Shown one piece after another: positions 63,782 to 64,000 of a stretch of 64,000 nt of DNA. The stretch spans positions 7,750,001 through 7,814,000 of the forward strand of contig OZ176054.1 in the NCBI GenBank assembly GCA_964247055.1. The letters run 5' to 3'. The position numbers and the translations under genes are program-made. The first letter of the stretch is position 1. Every line of letters begins with the position of its first letter. The DNA comes from Paragordius varius (lineage: Eukaryota; Animalia; Nematomorpha). The notes below the pieces were generated by a model. The model saw nothing but the letters and a program-made list of their open reading frames with translations, was not told where the DNA came from and made no database searches.

Positions 63782-64000
63782 GTATGTATGCATATTTAAA
63801 AGTATAAAAAATGTTTTTTAAACGATTCATATTAAAATATTTCATACAAATATTTTATACCGAAATGGACCGCTATTAAGTTGCAATTAATTAATAAGTT
63901 TTTGTGATAATCTTTTCATAAGACTTTTAGTAAACGGATTTTGTCATCTATTTTTTATATATCTAAAATATTATTTAATAAATGGGTTATCATTTTTGCA

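Overview
Strongly AT-rich, intron-containing eukaryotic DNA that is clearly animal (S1A protease, rhodopsin-family GPCR, CLIP-170, RTE LINE). The species cannot be determined from sequence alone. I reconstructed six protein-coding genes by hand from motif recognition and GT-AG splice fitting: a trypsin-like serine protease (+, 5' end not found), a family I inorganic pyrophosphatase (-), VPS18 (-), CTDP1/FCP1 (+, head-to-head with VPS18), an intronless divergent GPCR (+) and a CLIP-170-like CAP-Gly/coiled-coil gene (+, 3' end unresolved). Most short ORFs in the supplied track are exon fragments or noise. Introns and intergenic DNA are packed with non-autonomous DNA transposons (piggyBac-like, hAT, TA-flanked CAGT and CCATTT foldback families, a Helitron), LINE fragments and (TA)n arrays. 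Main highlights: (1) nine 23-32 nt introns required to keep conserved reading frames, coexisting with 3.7-6 kb transposon-filled introns; (2) a ~3.4 kb palindromic element carrying an RTE LINE with a twin-priming-type 5' inversion; (3) VPS18 and FCP1 start codons only 55 nt apart around a dyad; (4) a pyrophosphatase gene with duplicated alternative last exons and two possible starts; (5) three foldback families sharing CCATTT ends and 21-bp subterminal periodicity; (6) CAP-Gly domains with large loop insertions and a GPCR lacking the DRY and NPxxY motifs. All homology calls rest on recalled family motifs, not database searches, and coordinates were counted by hand.
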